Source of the DNA: Octopus bimaculoides
Lineage: Eukaryota
Length of the DNA: 64,000 nt
Direction: 5' to 3'
Assembly: GCF_001194135.2 (NCBI RefSeq)
Contig: NC_068990.1
Location: 40,444,514-40,508,513 of the forward strand
In this document: positions 51,644 through 64,000 of the stretch, one piece after another
How the letters are laid out: each line of letters begins with the position of its first letter
Position numbering within the stretch: the first letter of the stretch is position 1
The notes under the pieces: model-generated
Databases searched by the model: none
The model's input: only the letters and a program-made list of their open reading frames with translations
What the model was told of the DNA's origin: nothing
Position numbers and translations under genes: made by a program

Positions 51644-52020
51644 TCTTTTACCTTTTCTGTTAATTGTTTCACTCGTTAGACTGCAGCCATGCTGGAGCAT
51701 TCCCTTTAAAAGTCTTAGTCAAGCGAATGAGCCCCAGTGTTATTTATTTTATAGCTTGATACTTACTCTATCAGTCTCTTTTGTCGAACTGATAAGTCAT
51801 GGGAACATAAACACAACACTGGTTGTCAAGAAGTGGTGTGTGATAAACACAGGAAAAAAGTCACAAGAGATGGGTTTCTGCCTACAAAAGCCACTCAAAA
51901 CATTTTGGTCAGCCAAGGCTATAGCAGAAGACACTTGTCCAATGTGCTACACAGTGGAAGTGAAAGAGGAGTCATGTGGCCTGGAAAAAACATTCTTACC
52001 ACAATACAGCCATGCCCATA
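51644..52020 (-). mobile_element. Diverged SINE family A (another tail fragment at about 50826-50985)
   Basis: gactgcagccatgctggagcat tail and ggctatagcagaagacacttgtcca core, reverse orientation. Confidence 0.75.
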
Positions 52021-52027
52021 CACATAC

Positions 52028-52077
<50 letters not shown>

Positions 52078-52079
52078 GT

Positions 52080-52327
52080 AAGGTGCAAGTACATGTCTTC
52101 AAAAGGAAATTAGACAACCTCCTCCCAACAATACCAGATGAACCAACAGCCTGACATGGGGCTCAGACTACTAGGGCAGTGGAATTAAACTCCCTTACAC
52201 ACCAAATATGCCAAGACCAGGGACAAAGGGATATATAGGAATGGTGATGTGAAACACCCCAGACTGAGGAAAGACCTAGGTGGTGCTACAGCATGACCGC
52301 CAGCCTAAAACAAGAAAAAGAATAAAA

Positions 52328-52331
<4 letters not shown>
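52080..52331 (+). mobile_element. CR1/L2-type LINE 3' end (ORF2 C-terminus + 3'UTR)
   Basis: KVQVHVFKRKLDNLLPTIPDEPTA*HGAQTTRAVELNSLTHQ (cf. FK..LD..L..IPDEP....RAA.SNSL..Q). The 3'UTR ends ggtggtgctacagcatgaccgccagcctaaaacaagaaaaagaataaaagaat. Confidence 0.75.
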
Positions 52332-53760
<1,429 letters not shown>

Positions 53761-53787
53761 CTGATATATTATATGATATATATATAT

Positions 53788-53950
53788 CACTAACCACTAC
53801 ACTCTCCTTGTTTCTTTCTGTGTTCTTTTCTGTAGAAGAGCGTAGGCTCGAAACGTTAAAGACCTTTTCAATTCTCGAGTGTTATACTAATACATCTATT
53901 TATTTTCTACACCACCTGTCTTCGTCTGTTGTTTTTTTGTGAATGCTCCC
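53788..53950 (+). mobile_element. Family G non-autonomous repeat with hammerhead-like motif (53826-53861)
   Basis: TTTT-CTGTAGA-A-GAGC-GTAG-GCTC-GAAAC-GTT-AAAG. Confidence 0.75.
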
Positions 53951-55722
53951 TCTCTTCAAAACGCCAGTGTTTTAATGGTGGCAGCTGATGAAGGATATGT
54001 TCTCTATGTGGCCTGCGTGTTTTTTGTACCTTGTTTATCATTTTGTCTATGTTTTTTTTTGCAACGTCATGTACCCAGATATGTATCTATATGTACATGT
54101 AGAGGAAGGTATGCACATACATGTACATATTATATGNNNNNNNNNNNNNNNNNNNNNNNNNNNNNNNNNNNNNNNNNNNNNNNNNNNNNNNNNNNNNNNN
54201 NNNNNNNNNNNNNNNNNNNNNNNNNNNNNNNNNNNNNNNNNNNNNNNNNNNNNNNNNNNNNNNNNNNNNNNNNNNNNNNNNNNNNNNNNNNNNNNNNNNN
54301 NNNNNNNNNNNNNNNNNNNNNNNNNNNNNNNNNNNNNNNNNNNNNNNNNNNNNNNNNNNNNNNNNNNNNNNNNNNNNNNNNNNNNNNNNNNNNNNNNNNN
54401 NNNNNNNNNNNNNNNNNNNNNNNNNNNNNNNNNNNNNNNNNNNNNNNNNNNNNNNNNNNNNNNNNNNNNNNNNNNNNNNNNNNNNNNNNNNNNNNNNNNN
54501 NNNNNNNNNNNNNNNNNNNNNNNNNNNNNNNNNNNNNNNNNNNNNNNNNNNNNNNNNNNNNNNNNNNNNNNNNNNNNNNNNNNNNNNNNNNNNNNNNNNN
54601 NNNNNNNNNNNNNNNNNNNNNNNNNNNNNNNNNNNNNNNNNNNNNNNNNNNNNNNNNNNNNNNNNNNNNNNNNNNNNNNNNNNNNNNNNNNNNNNNNNNN
54701 NNNNNNNNNNNNNNNNNNNNNNNNNNNNNNNNNNNNNNNNNNNNNNNNNNNNNNNNNNNNNNNNNNNNNNNNNNNNNNNNNNNNNNNNNNNNNNNNNNNN
54801 NNNNNNNNNNNNNNNNNNNNNNNNNNNNNNNNNNNNNNNNNNNNNNNNNNNNNNNNNNNNNNNNNNNNNNNNNNNNNNNNNNNNNNNNNNNNNNNNNNNN
54901 NNNNNNNNNNNNNNNNNNNNNNNNNNNNNNNNNNNNNNNNNNNNNNNNNNNNNNNNNNNNNNNNNNNNNNNNNNNNNNNNNNNNNNNNNNNNNNNNNNNN
55001 NNNNNNNNNNNNNNNNNNNNNNNNNNNNNNNNNNNNNNNNNNNNNNNNNNNNNNNNNNNNNNNNNNNNNNNNNNNNNNNNNNNNNNNNNNNNNNNNNNNN
55101 NNATATATATATATATATAAATAAGGATGTGTGTTTTTGTGTTGTGCAAGAGAAAAAAAGGGAGTGAGAGTGAGTGGAGCATGGTTTATAAAGGAATATG
55201 TTTATTTATTGCAACTACACAGCAGAAGATAGCATATTGATTGCAGTTAGTGCTACTCATGTACAACTGCAGTAGCATAGATAGATAAATAAATGATGCT
55301 GGCTTACATCAATATTTGAGTTGGGAGGGTAGCTGCAGAGGTTTACCAATATGTTTCACCATGACCTGATGTGCCTTAAATATTACAGACCATTGTTGTG
55401 AATTTTTTTTTTTTTTTTTTTTTGAACAGGGTGAGATTTAGAAAATGGAAGGAATCTCAATACCGCTATAAACACCAGTAAAGAAAGTTATTCTTACAAT
55501 TATTAACATCACTATGTGTGTTACATGAAATTACTAGAAAAGGTTAGAATTTCAGATTAAGTGGCATTATAATTGCAGGACCTAACGTGAAATCCTGCCT
55601 AATTTCATTTCATCATTTTTGTTACAGAAGTTATTTAACACAAACAACTGGGATAGTAATCAAGTAAAAGGTAATCAACATGATATACTAAAGGGCACCT
55701 AAAACACACACACACGCGCGCG

Positions 55723-55756
<34 letters not shown>

Positions 55757-55777
55757 TATAAACAAATATATATATTC

Positions 55778-56005
55778 ATTTATTCTTTTACTTCCTTCAG
55801 TCATTTGACTACAGCCATGCTGGAGCACCACTTTTTGCCAAGCAAATTGACCCCAGGACTTATTCTATGTAATCCTAGTACTTATTCTATCAGTCTATTT
55901 TGTTGAACCGCTAGTTATGGGGGTCGTAAACACACCAGCATCAGTTGTCAAGTGATGCTGGGGAAACAAACACACACACAGTGCTTACATTTACAATTTA
56001 TTTTT

Positions 56006-56038
<33 letters not shown>

Positions 56039-56195
56039 AATGACAGGCTTCTCTCGGTTTATGTCTACCACCAAGTCCACTCTCAAGGCTTTGGTCTGCC
56101 CAAGGCTATAATAGAAGACACTTGCCTGAGGTGCCATGCAGTGGGACTGAACCCAGAACCATGTGGTAAGCAAGCCACTTACCACATAGCCACTC
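55778..56195 (-). mobile_element. SINE family A (an opposite-orientation head/core fragment follows at about 56244-56385)
   Basis: Reverse complement of the family A consensus, CpG-decayed. Confidence 0.85.
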
Positions 56196-56389
56196 ATATA
56201 TATATATATATATATATATACATACACATAAATGTACATATTAGGCTCAGGCGTGGCTGTGTGATAAAAATATTGTCTTCTATTATTGCATCAGGATGAC
56301 CAAAGACTTGTGAGTGGATCTGATAAATAGGAAGAAGCCCATCATGTATGTGTGTGTGCGTGTCTTTCTATCTGTGTTTGCCCACAATC

Positions 56390-59100
56390 TACCCTTTACT
56401 CAGAAGGAAAAGACTTGTTGCCTGGAGCAGTGATAGCTCCCTGAACATTTTCCAGTTTATTCAGGATATACTTGCAGAGTAATCACCTCAACTGCTAATT
56501 ATGTCTCCCTCATCAAGACATATGAGAGAATATTTCTAGTGTGCTCATAGATGTATTATTTCAAAGCATCTGTCACATAGAAAGCTTACTTCCTCTGTTG
56601 GCCTGCCTACAGCAACACTACACCGTTTGTATATTGAGCAAAGCCATTTCATTGAGGACACTGGTATTCTGTCTTCTTTTCTATAAATCAAAATCTTAGT
56701 CTTTGCAAAGTTTAACTTGCAGCTTCTTTATTCAAGATTTATTTCTATGTCAGGAATTACCTTTCTATTCCATGATAGATTCAGCAATAAAAATTACATC
56801 AATTACAATTACAGAATTACAGCACACAGGAGTTCCCATGGACCACTAAAGAAGGACTGAGCTTGGATTCATAACTAAAATTGCATGCTTAAGATTTATA
56901 TAAAATGCATACACTGGGCAGTAAGGCTCAAGATCTTGAGATTAGCCTTCATTACTTCATCCCTTGTCTTCCAGGCTCCCTCTTCCACAAATTCCATCCA
57001 CATTTATTAATTGGCTCTTCTTTTGATCGCTGTCCTCACCCATCCACATCACATGACTAAACCAGTGCAGTCTTCTCACTTGCACAATAGACCTGATTTT
57101 TTTATGCTCAATTTTCCTCTCAGTGCATTTGCACTGTCATACATAATTAGTTAAATTACACATCCAATAAAGCATAATAGTTTCATTTCTTTTTAGTCAC
57201 TGCAAAGCCCACATCTCTCTACCTGTTCTTATTCTGGCAGCTATACTTTCAACATTGGTCTTTGTGGAGTTTATAATAAGGCCATTTGATTCTAGGTTAT
57301 GTTTCCACAGATGGAATTTCTTATCTAATTCTACTACAGATTCTGCTATAAGAATGAAGTTATCAGCATGTCGTACTTCCAAAGGACAACAGGTCTTAAA
57401 TACCTGTGTTATGACCTGAAGGACTATGATGAATAGGAGGGGGCTGCAAACTGAGCCCTGGTAAATGCCTACCTGTATTCTAAATTTGTTGCTGCACTAA
57501 TTGCTAACTTTCACCTTACAGATATCACTCTTCTATATTGCTTATACAACTTTCACCAGCCATCTTATCTATCCCTAGCTTTTTCAGGGATTACTTGACC
57601 AGAGAGCAATTGACACTATCAAAGGCTTTCTCCAGGCTGACAATGTGAAAATAATGGCATCTCCTTTAGTCTTGTAACAGTTGATTGTAATATTGCTACT
57701 CCAGTCATTGAGTGCAACAGCTTCCTGTATAACCTGATTAATTATATAGGTGACTAGGCCATATTCTCTGCCAGATATTTTAAGCATCTCAGAAGAGATT
57801 CTTGATGAACCAGTATCTTTCCCTGTTTCCAACCTTTAATTGCTTTATCTATCATACTGCTGTCAACTAGGCCCCTCTGTTGGGTCCATGTTGGGAAGAC
57901 CCTCTTTTCCCCATGCATTCTGCACATTTAATAGCCTTTCATACTTGCATTTCTGTGCCTCTTCTTTTCGGGGTCACTAACTGCAAGTGTACCATTATCC
58001 ATCTACATACATCTATTATCCACAACATCCTGATTCTCTCTGATACAATTGTCTGGTAAACCAGAATACCTCACATCATGCTGTAGAATATTGGCAAACC
58101 TCTTTGTTTCTGCTTCTCTTGCTAAATGTAACTGTAGCCTGACTTCTCATTTAGTGAACTGGCATAATTCTCTGCTATCATTATTCTTCTAATCCTTCAT
58201 AGCCCATCTCTTCACTTTTATGGCTCTGTTTACTCTACCGTTTCCCCATCCCATTACTCTTGCTCTGGCTAGAACTTTGCACCAGCCACAAATTTGGTCC
58301 ATTACTCTCAATAGGTTGTCCAGAAGGAACTTCCAGTTCTCTGTGCAATACATTTCTATCTGTGCTTCTTTCTCAACAAATGCTTCAGCTAGTACTCGAC
58401 AAATTTTCCCTCTGCCACTGTGGTGGGTTTCCAAGCATTTCTAATAAGATGCATCAATACAGGCTCTCCAAATAGCAGTGGTGGCCTGTTAAATGTGGCA
58501 CCAATCTCCAACTTCCTTTGACAGATTGGTTTGTATCTCTGAGCAATTTTAGTTTTAAGTCTGAAGTCGCTAGTTACTAATTTCTGTTGTGTTGTACAGT
58601 ATTCATCTGGAAGAACTTTGCATGCGCAAGCATCAGTCTATACCATTTTCTGGTGAGATCATAATCAATTTGGCTTGTATGCCCACCAGATTGATAGGTG
58701 AGCAGGAAGCTGGTCTGTGTTGTAAATCATCAGGTCATTTCAGTCATGGAGCCATGTTCCCTCCTCATTTCAAGGTTAAAAGCCATAGCCTCCATGCACA
58801 CCATGGAATCTATTAGGTTGCTGCCCAACATGTCTTTTGAAGTCACCATTCGTGAAGACAAGGTTAATGTCATTCATCATTCAGATAATTAGCAATAGGG
58901 TTTCATAAAATCGGTCCTTTTGTTCATATACCATTCTGGATTTCTGAAGAGCATCAGCAAAGCTAAATATTGCTATCAGGTTTTCCAAGACTTGTTCAAA
59001 CATATTCATCCTATTGTATACTCCACCTCAGTAACCTTATGTACTCATTTCTCTCACAAAAGTATGCCCACACCTTCCACACTATCACCTATCCAGAAGA
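56390..59100 (-). mobile_element. Decayed RTE-clade LINE(s): APE endonuclease + RT (main copy about 56900-59100; a second RT fragment about 56390-56900)
   Basis: APE: GDFKRHVGQQPNRFHGVHGGYG, TYQSGGHTSQIDY. Linker: WKFLLDNLLRVMDQICGWCK. RT: METGKDTGSSRISSEMLK, SLEKAFDSV, GIYQGSVCSPLLFIIVLQ, HADNFILIAES. C-terminus: RRLHWFSHVMWMGEDS. The second fragment has PWELLCA...IFIAES and LQVKLCKD. Many stops and deletions. Confidence 0.92.
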
Positions 59101-59145
59101 ATTTATCAACTTGTCTATATAAACTCACAAACATACACCTGTGTC

Positions 59146-59185
<40 letters not shown>

Positions 59186-59189
59186 GTGA

Positions 59190-60420
59190 ATTTTCCTCTC
59201 AAAGCACTCCCACTATCCTTCATCTCTCTGACTACAGCTTCTGCTTGATACCACAGATCTTTCTCACTACCTACAACCATTTTCATTTAATAGATATCTC
59301 TCGTCCTTAATATTTACACTTTACATTATCAACTTCCATCCCCAGAGCCACCAAGCTAGCTAACCCTCTCCATCACCAAACATTTCTCACTCCCTCTATG
59401 CACTATGCCTGCCTCTTTCTCTCCTTCCCCACAAACATTTGTCATCTTTCTTTGCCTCTCATCTTTTACCTGTCTCCTGTATTATCCTTAATATTCTGCT
59501 ACTCTTCACCCCCATGCATTATTGGTCACCCTGCACAACACACATCTTATGAACCATTCCTTAACCCTAACCAATCTTTACAGTTGTCACTAATTCTACC
59601 CAACTACCCCTACTTCTCATCCCTTCAACACTTATCCTCAGTCTTTATATTCACTCCTCACTCACTCTCCTATACAGTCTTGAAACCTCAGCCCACCCAC
59701 CCTTCCCATCCATTCTTCATTCTTCCCTCCCCCACTCATCTCATACCTTGAAGTTCCATCTAGGCTCCTTCTCACCACTATATTTTTCTCTACCCAGCTA
59801 TAACCTGATCAACCCCAGCTTTCTCTTCTATAATGCGAGAAGCTAAGTAGCCCCTCAACATCAAGAAACCTGGTTTGCTCTGACCTCTTCTTTCATGTTT
59901 TAACCCACTTGATCTCAAAAGGTTAAAGAACATATGACTTTTGGGGGTCCTTATAAGACTTTGTTGTTAAAATTTATATGCAATAAATTAGCTGTACTTT
60001 TACAATAATCAAAATATTTTAACAATTCTCTTTAGTTCTTAATAATATTTAATTATTTTTAAACATTGAATGGCTATGATGATGCATTAAGTAAAACGGA
60101 AATTCAAGGGGTCCATTGGTAAAAAAATGGCTGAGAAACATTGCTTTAACCGCTCCTTACCTAACATAAACTGCAGTTCTCAGTATTCCTAGGTTTCTAA
60201 ACTGCATGGTGACCTCATTGGTGCTGACGGCAAGAAAAATAGCACCAAAATCATACTGTAAAGTGGTTGGTATTAGGAACTGTACCTAGCCTATATGAAC
60301 CATGCCTAAAGTAGACAGTGCAACACAAAACAGTCTTTGGACCTGATGGATCCCGTCAAACTGTGAAACTCATACCAGTATGAAAGATGGACACTGAATG
60401 ACGATGAAGATGATGATGTA
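59190..60420 (+). mobile_element. Family E2: pyrimidine-rich body + RTE-type tail, interrupted by a MITE
   Basis: C/T-rich 59190-59900. Tail ggtgacctcattggtgctg...ctgtaaagtggttggtattagg...cagtatgaaagatggacactgaatgacgatgaagatgatg. Confidence 0.55.
59931..60143. mobile_element. Probable hAT-type MITE remnant
   Basis: Internal gggggtcc...ggggtcc subterminal motifs and a right end aaaatggctgagaaacattg resembling ...GTTGAGAACCACTG. The left TIR is not recognisable. Confidence 0.4.
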
Positions 60421-60742
60421 TATCTATATATAAGAAGTAGCTGTTGGAAGTAATTAAACTAGGATCTGTATGTAGAATTTATGGTTTTCTAGGTTATATT
60501 CCGGATTTGCATATATATATATATATATATACACATACATACATACATATATATACACATATGTACCGGTGGCACATACAAGCCCCCATTACATTCTTGG
60601 AGTGGTTAGTGTTACAAAGGGCATGCAGCTCTAGAAACCTTGACAAATCAAACTGGAGTCAGGTGCAGCATGCTAGTCCTGGTCAACCCATCCAACCTAT
60701 GCCAGCATGGACAACAGACTTAATTGTTGATGAGGATGATAT

Positions 60743-60744
<2 letters not shown>

Positions 60745-60785
<41 letters not shown>

Positions 60786-60795
60786 NNNNNNNNNN

Positions 60796-60833
<38 letters not shown>

Positions 60834-61049
60834 TGTATATATGAATATCTGTATCTATATATATGTACAAAGATATATATACATATATGTATATATGAAT
60901 ATATACATACATGTATGTATATATAAATATTTATACATGTATATATATATATATGTATATATATGTATATATACATGTACATATATATATATATNNNNNN
61001 NNNNATATATATATATATATATATATATATAGATATACACATATGTATA

Positions 61050-61081
<32 letters not shown>

Positions 61082-61150
61082 CATATATATATATAAATAT
61101 ACACATATACATATATATGCATGTATATATACATATATAAATATACACGT

Positions 61151-61189
<39 letters not shown>

Positions 61190-61988
61190 TATGTATATAT
61201 CTATGTATGTAAATATATGTATCTATAACACATGCTAGCATGGAAAGTAGACGTTAAATGACGATGATGACATATGAATATATATATATGTAAGTATATA
61301 TATATATAAATATACATATATATATGTGTGTATATATATATAAATATTAATATATACATATGTATATGTATATAAATATACATATAAGTATATATGAAGT
61401 ATATATAAATATAAATATATACATNNNNNNNNNNNNNNNNNNNNNNNNNNNNNNNNNNNNNNNNNNNNNNNNNNNNNNNNNNNNNNNNNNNNNNNNNNNN
61501 NNATATATATACACACATTGATGTGTATGCGCATATATATATATATATATATATATATCAATATATATATTTATAAATATACATAAAAATATGTGCATGT
61601 ATATATGAATATATATATATACATATACGTGTGTATATATATATATATACACATATACATATATATATACATGTACATATATATATCTATATACATGTAC
61701 ATATATATATCTATATACATGTACATATATATATCTATATACATGTATATATATATATATACACATAAATATACATGTGTGTGTATATATATATATATAT
61801 ACATGTAAATACGCATGTTTATATATATACGTGTAAATATGCATGTTTATATATATACATATAAATATACATGCGTGTATATATATATATTTATAAATAT
61901 ACATGTACGTATATATATATATATATATATACATATAAATATACATGTGTATATATAAATACATATAAATAGATACGTATAAATATTC

Positions 61989-62052
<64 letters not shown>

Positions 62053-62080
62053 GCACACACACACACACACATATATATAT
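60745..62080. repeat. Complex (TA)/(TACA) low-complexity tract with a 24-bp higher-order unit x3 at 61669-61740
   Basis: ACATGTACATATATATATCTATAT is repeated three times; several short gaps. Confidence 0.9.
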
Positions 62081-62427
62081 TTGTATCCACGTGTGGATGT
62101 GAGTGAGTGAATACAGAGTAAAATGAAGACTGTTGAAATGAATATATTTACGTCAATAATTGATATCCATTATGCAAAATTAATTCATTTTAGGACATGA
62201 TAAATTATTGTACATGTAGAATAATTTATAATACACTAAAATAAATTAATTTCGCATTTAGTTGGATCCACTAAAGGCGCATTTTTTTGATTACTACAGA
62301 ATTATAAAAATCAATATATTGTATATTAAATTTATATATCTCTCTCGATATATATATGTGTATGTGTGTGTGTGCATATATATATGTATATAATATCTAT
62401 CTATGTATACATGTATGCAATATTTCT

Positions 62428-63007
62428 TTCTCGCTCAACTACAACCCACACATAATAATCAAGTGAGTTGCAGTCTGGAGAGTTAGGTGACCAGATGTTA
62501 GGGGTAATGTGGTCACAGAAATTATCTGACAGCCATGACTGGGTTCTCCTGCTTGTGTGGTATAATGTAGAGTCCTACTAACAGAGATAGGGTCTTGTAG
62601 CAGCCACCATCTTGACTCAGGGAAGCACTACCTCCTCCAGGCACTTAATGTAGTTCTCCGTGTCGAGTCTGAGGGCAGGTGGGAAAAAGAAGGCATACAT
62701 CACAATCCCTAGTGATCACCATGATGTTGACTGCATGTTTGGTTTTTATCATTCTCGGTACATGACCTCAGACTGACATGCAAACACTCTGAAATGTTCA
62801 TATTGGAGTTTCCAGTGTGAATGCCTTGAAATACAGCATGCTATTTCCAAGTTTCTTGCAGGGTGAATTGCGTCATGGTGCTGTTTTTCTCACAGATGGT
62901 GCCCAACTGACCCTACTATAGTGTGTAGTTGACAAAATCAAAAACAAATAAAACGCATGCGTGAATTTATAAATATGAAATGGCGACAATTTACTCATAG
63001 CACCCTG
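62428..63007 (-). mobile_element. Tc1/mariner maT (DD37D) transposon, internally deleted and decayed
   Basis: Minus strand reads KTKHAVNIMV...VAATRPYLC**DSTLYHTSRRTQSWLSDNFCDHITPNIWSPNSPDCNSLDYYVW, with 37 residues between the last two D. The 5' end is TA-CAGGGTG at 63009-63001. Confidence 0.92.
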
Positions 63008-63138
63008 TATATTTACATATAAATATATATATATATATATAATATATATATAGATAGAGAGATAGATATGTATATGTATATTAATATGTATATAGACATA
63101 GATACACATGTGTGTATATATTTATATATATAAATAAA

Positions 63139-63305
63139 GGTGCAGGCGTGGCCGTGTGGTAAGAAGCTTGCTTCCCGAACACATCATTTCAGGTTTAGTC
63201 CCATTGTGTGAAACCATGCGTAAATGTCTTCTACTATAGCTTCTAGCTGCCGAAAGCTTTGTGAGTGGATTTGGTAGGTGGAAACTGAAATCCTACCGTA
63301 TATGC

Positions 63306-63357
<52 letters not shown>

Positions 63358-63580
63358 TTATACATGTGTATTTTTGTGTCCCCCACCCACCACTATTGCT
63401 TGACAATCGATGCTGGTGTGTTTACGTCCCTGTAACTTAGAAATTCAGCAAAAAGCAAAACAAGTATTAGAGTAACAAAGAATAAGTCCTACAGTCAATT
63501 TCTCTCACTAATACACTTTAAGGCGGTGCCCCAGCATCGCCTCAGTTGAATGACTGAAACAAGTAAAAGACTAAAGGAAT
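63139..63580 (+). mobile_element. SINE family A, full length
   Basis: Head, core, internal (TA)n and tail. Confidence 0.88.
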
Positions 63581-63687
63581 ATTTATATATATATATATTT
63601 AGAGATATATGTATATAAATATGTTATGTGTATATATATGCATACATATATATAAATATGTACATCTACATATACATACATGTATAA

Positions 63688-63723
<36 letters not shown>

Positions 63724-63725
63724 TA

Positions 63726-63974
63726 CGGAGATGTAAATACAACAACATCGGTTGTCAAGCGATAGTAGGGGGACAAACACAGACACACAAACATATATAT
63801 ATATATATATATAACATGCATCTTTCAATTTCTGTCTACCAAATCCACTCACAAGGCTTTGGTCGGCCTGAGGCTATAGTAGAAGACACTTGCCTATGGT
63901 GCCAGGCAGTGGGACTGAACCCGGAACCAAGCGGTCGGTAAGCAAGCTACTTACCACACAGTCACCCCTGCACC
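63726..63974 (-). mobile_element. SINE family A, 5' two-thirds
   Basis: Reverse complement of the head, core and start of tail. Confidence 0.88.
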
Positions 63975-64000
63975 TATATATATATAAGATATATATATAT

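Noticed and set aside
53950-54000. Second, permuted hammerhead-like arrangement (cttcaaaac...ctgatgaagg)
   Set aside because: GAAA is mutated and I could not form a stem I hairpin.

Overview
Eukaryotic, AT-rich, microsatellite-dense draft-assembly DNA with many N gaps that sit almost always inside (TA)n or (TG)n tracts. The repeat families look like those of a coleoid cephalopod (Octopus-like); this is my inference from recognising sequences, not a database result. I found no intact protein-coding gene, no host exon I can support, and no rRNA, true tRNA or CRISPR. Nearly all ORFs in the supplied track are translations of microsatellites, N runs or antisense TE strands. The window is a transposon graveyard. 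It holds at least four tRNA-headed SINE families and decayed non-LTR elements (RTE with APE+RT, CR1/L2-type, a CRE-like restriction-like endonuclease fragment, two Penelope-like remnants). It also holds decayed Tc1/mariner elements (mariner and maT/DD37D) and MITEs. The most interesting signals are: (1) a dispersed ~190-bp repeat carrying a minimal type-I hammerhead-ribozyme-like fold with a variant core; (2) one SINE head/core module joined to two different LINE-derived tails, with both candidate partner LINE ends present in the window; (3) SINE-internal microsatellites that expand to hundreds of bp; (4) a piggyBac-like MITE with a TTAG duplication; (5) a CpG-rich putative promoter near 42.2 kb and a near-perfect RFX X-box at 46.57 kb. 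I see no strong evidence for a wholly new biological system. Coordinates of decayed elements are hand estimates and may be off by tens of bp.
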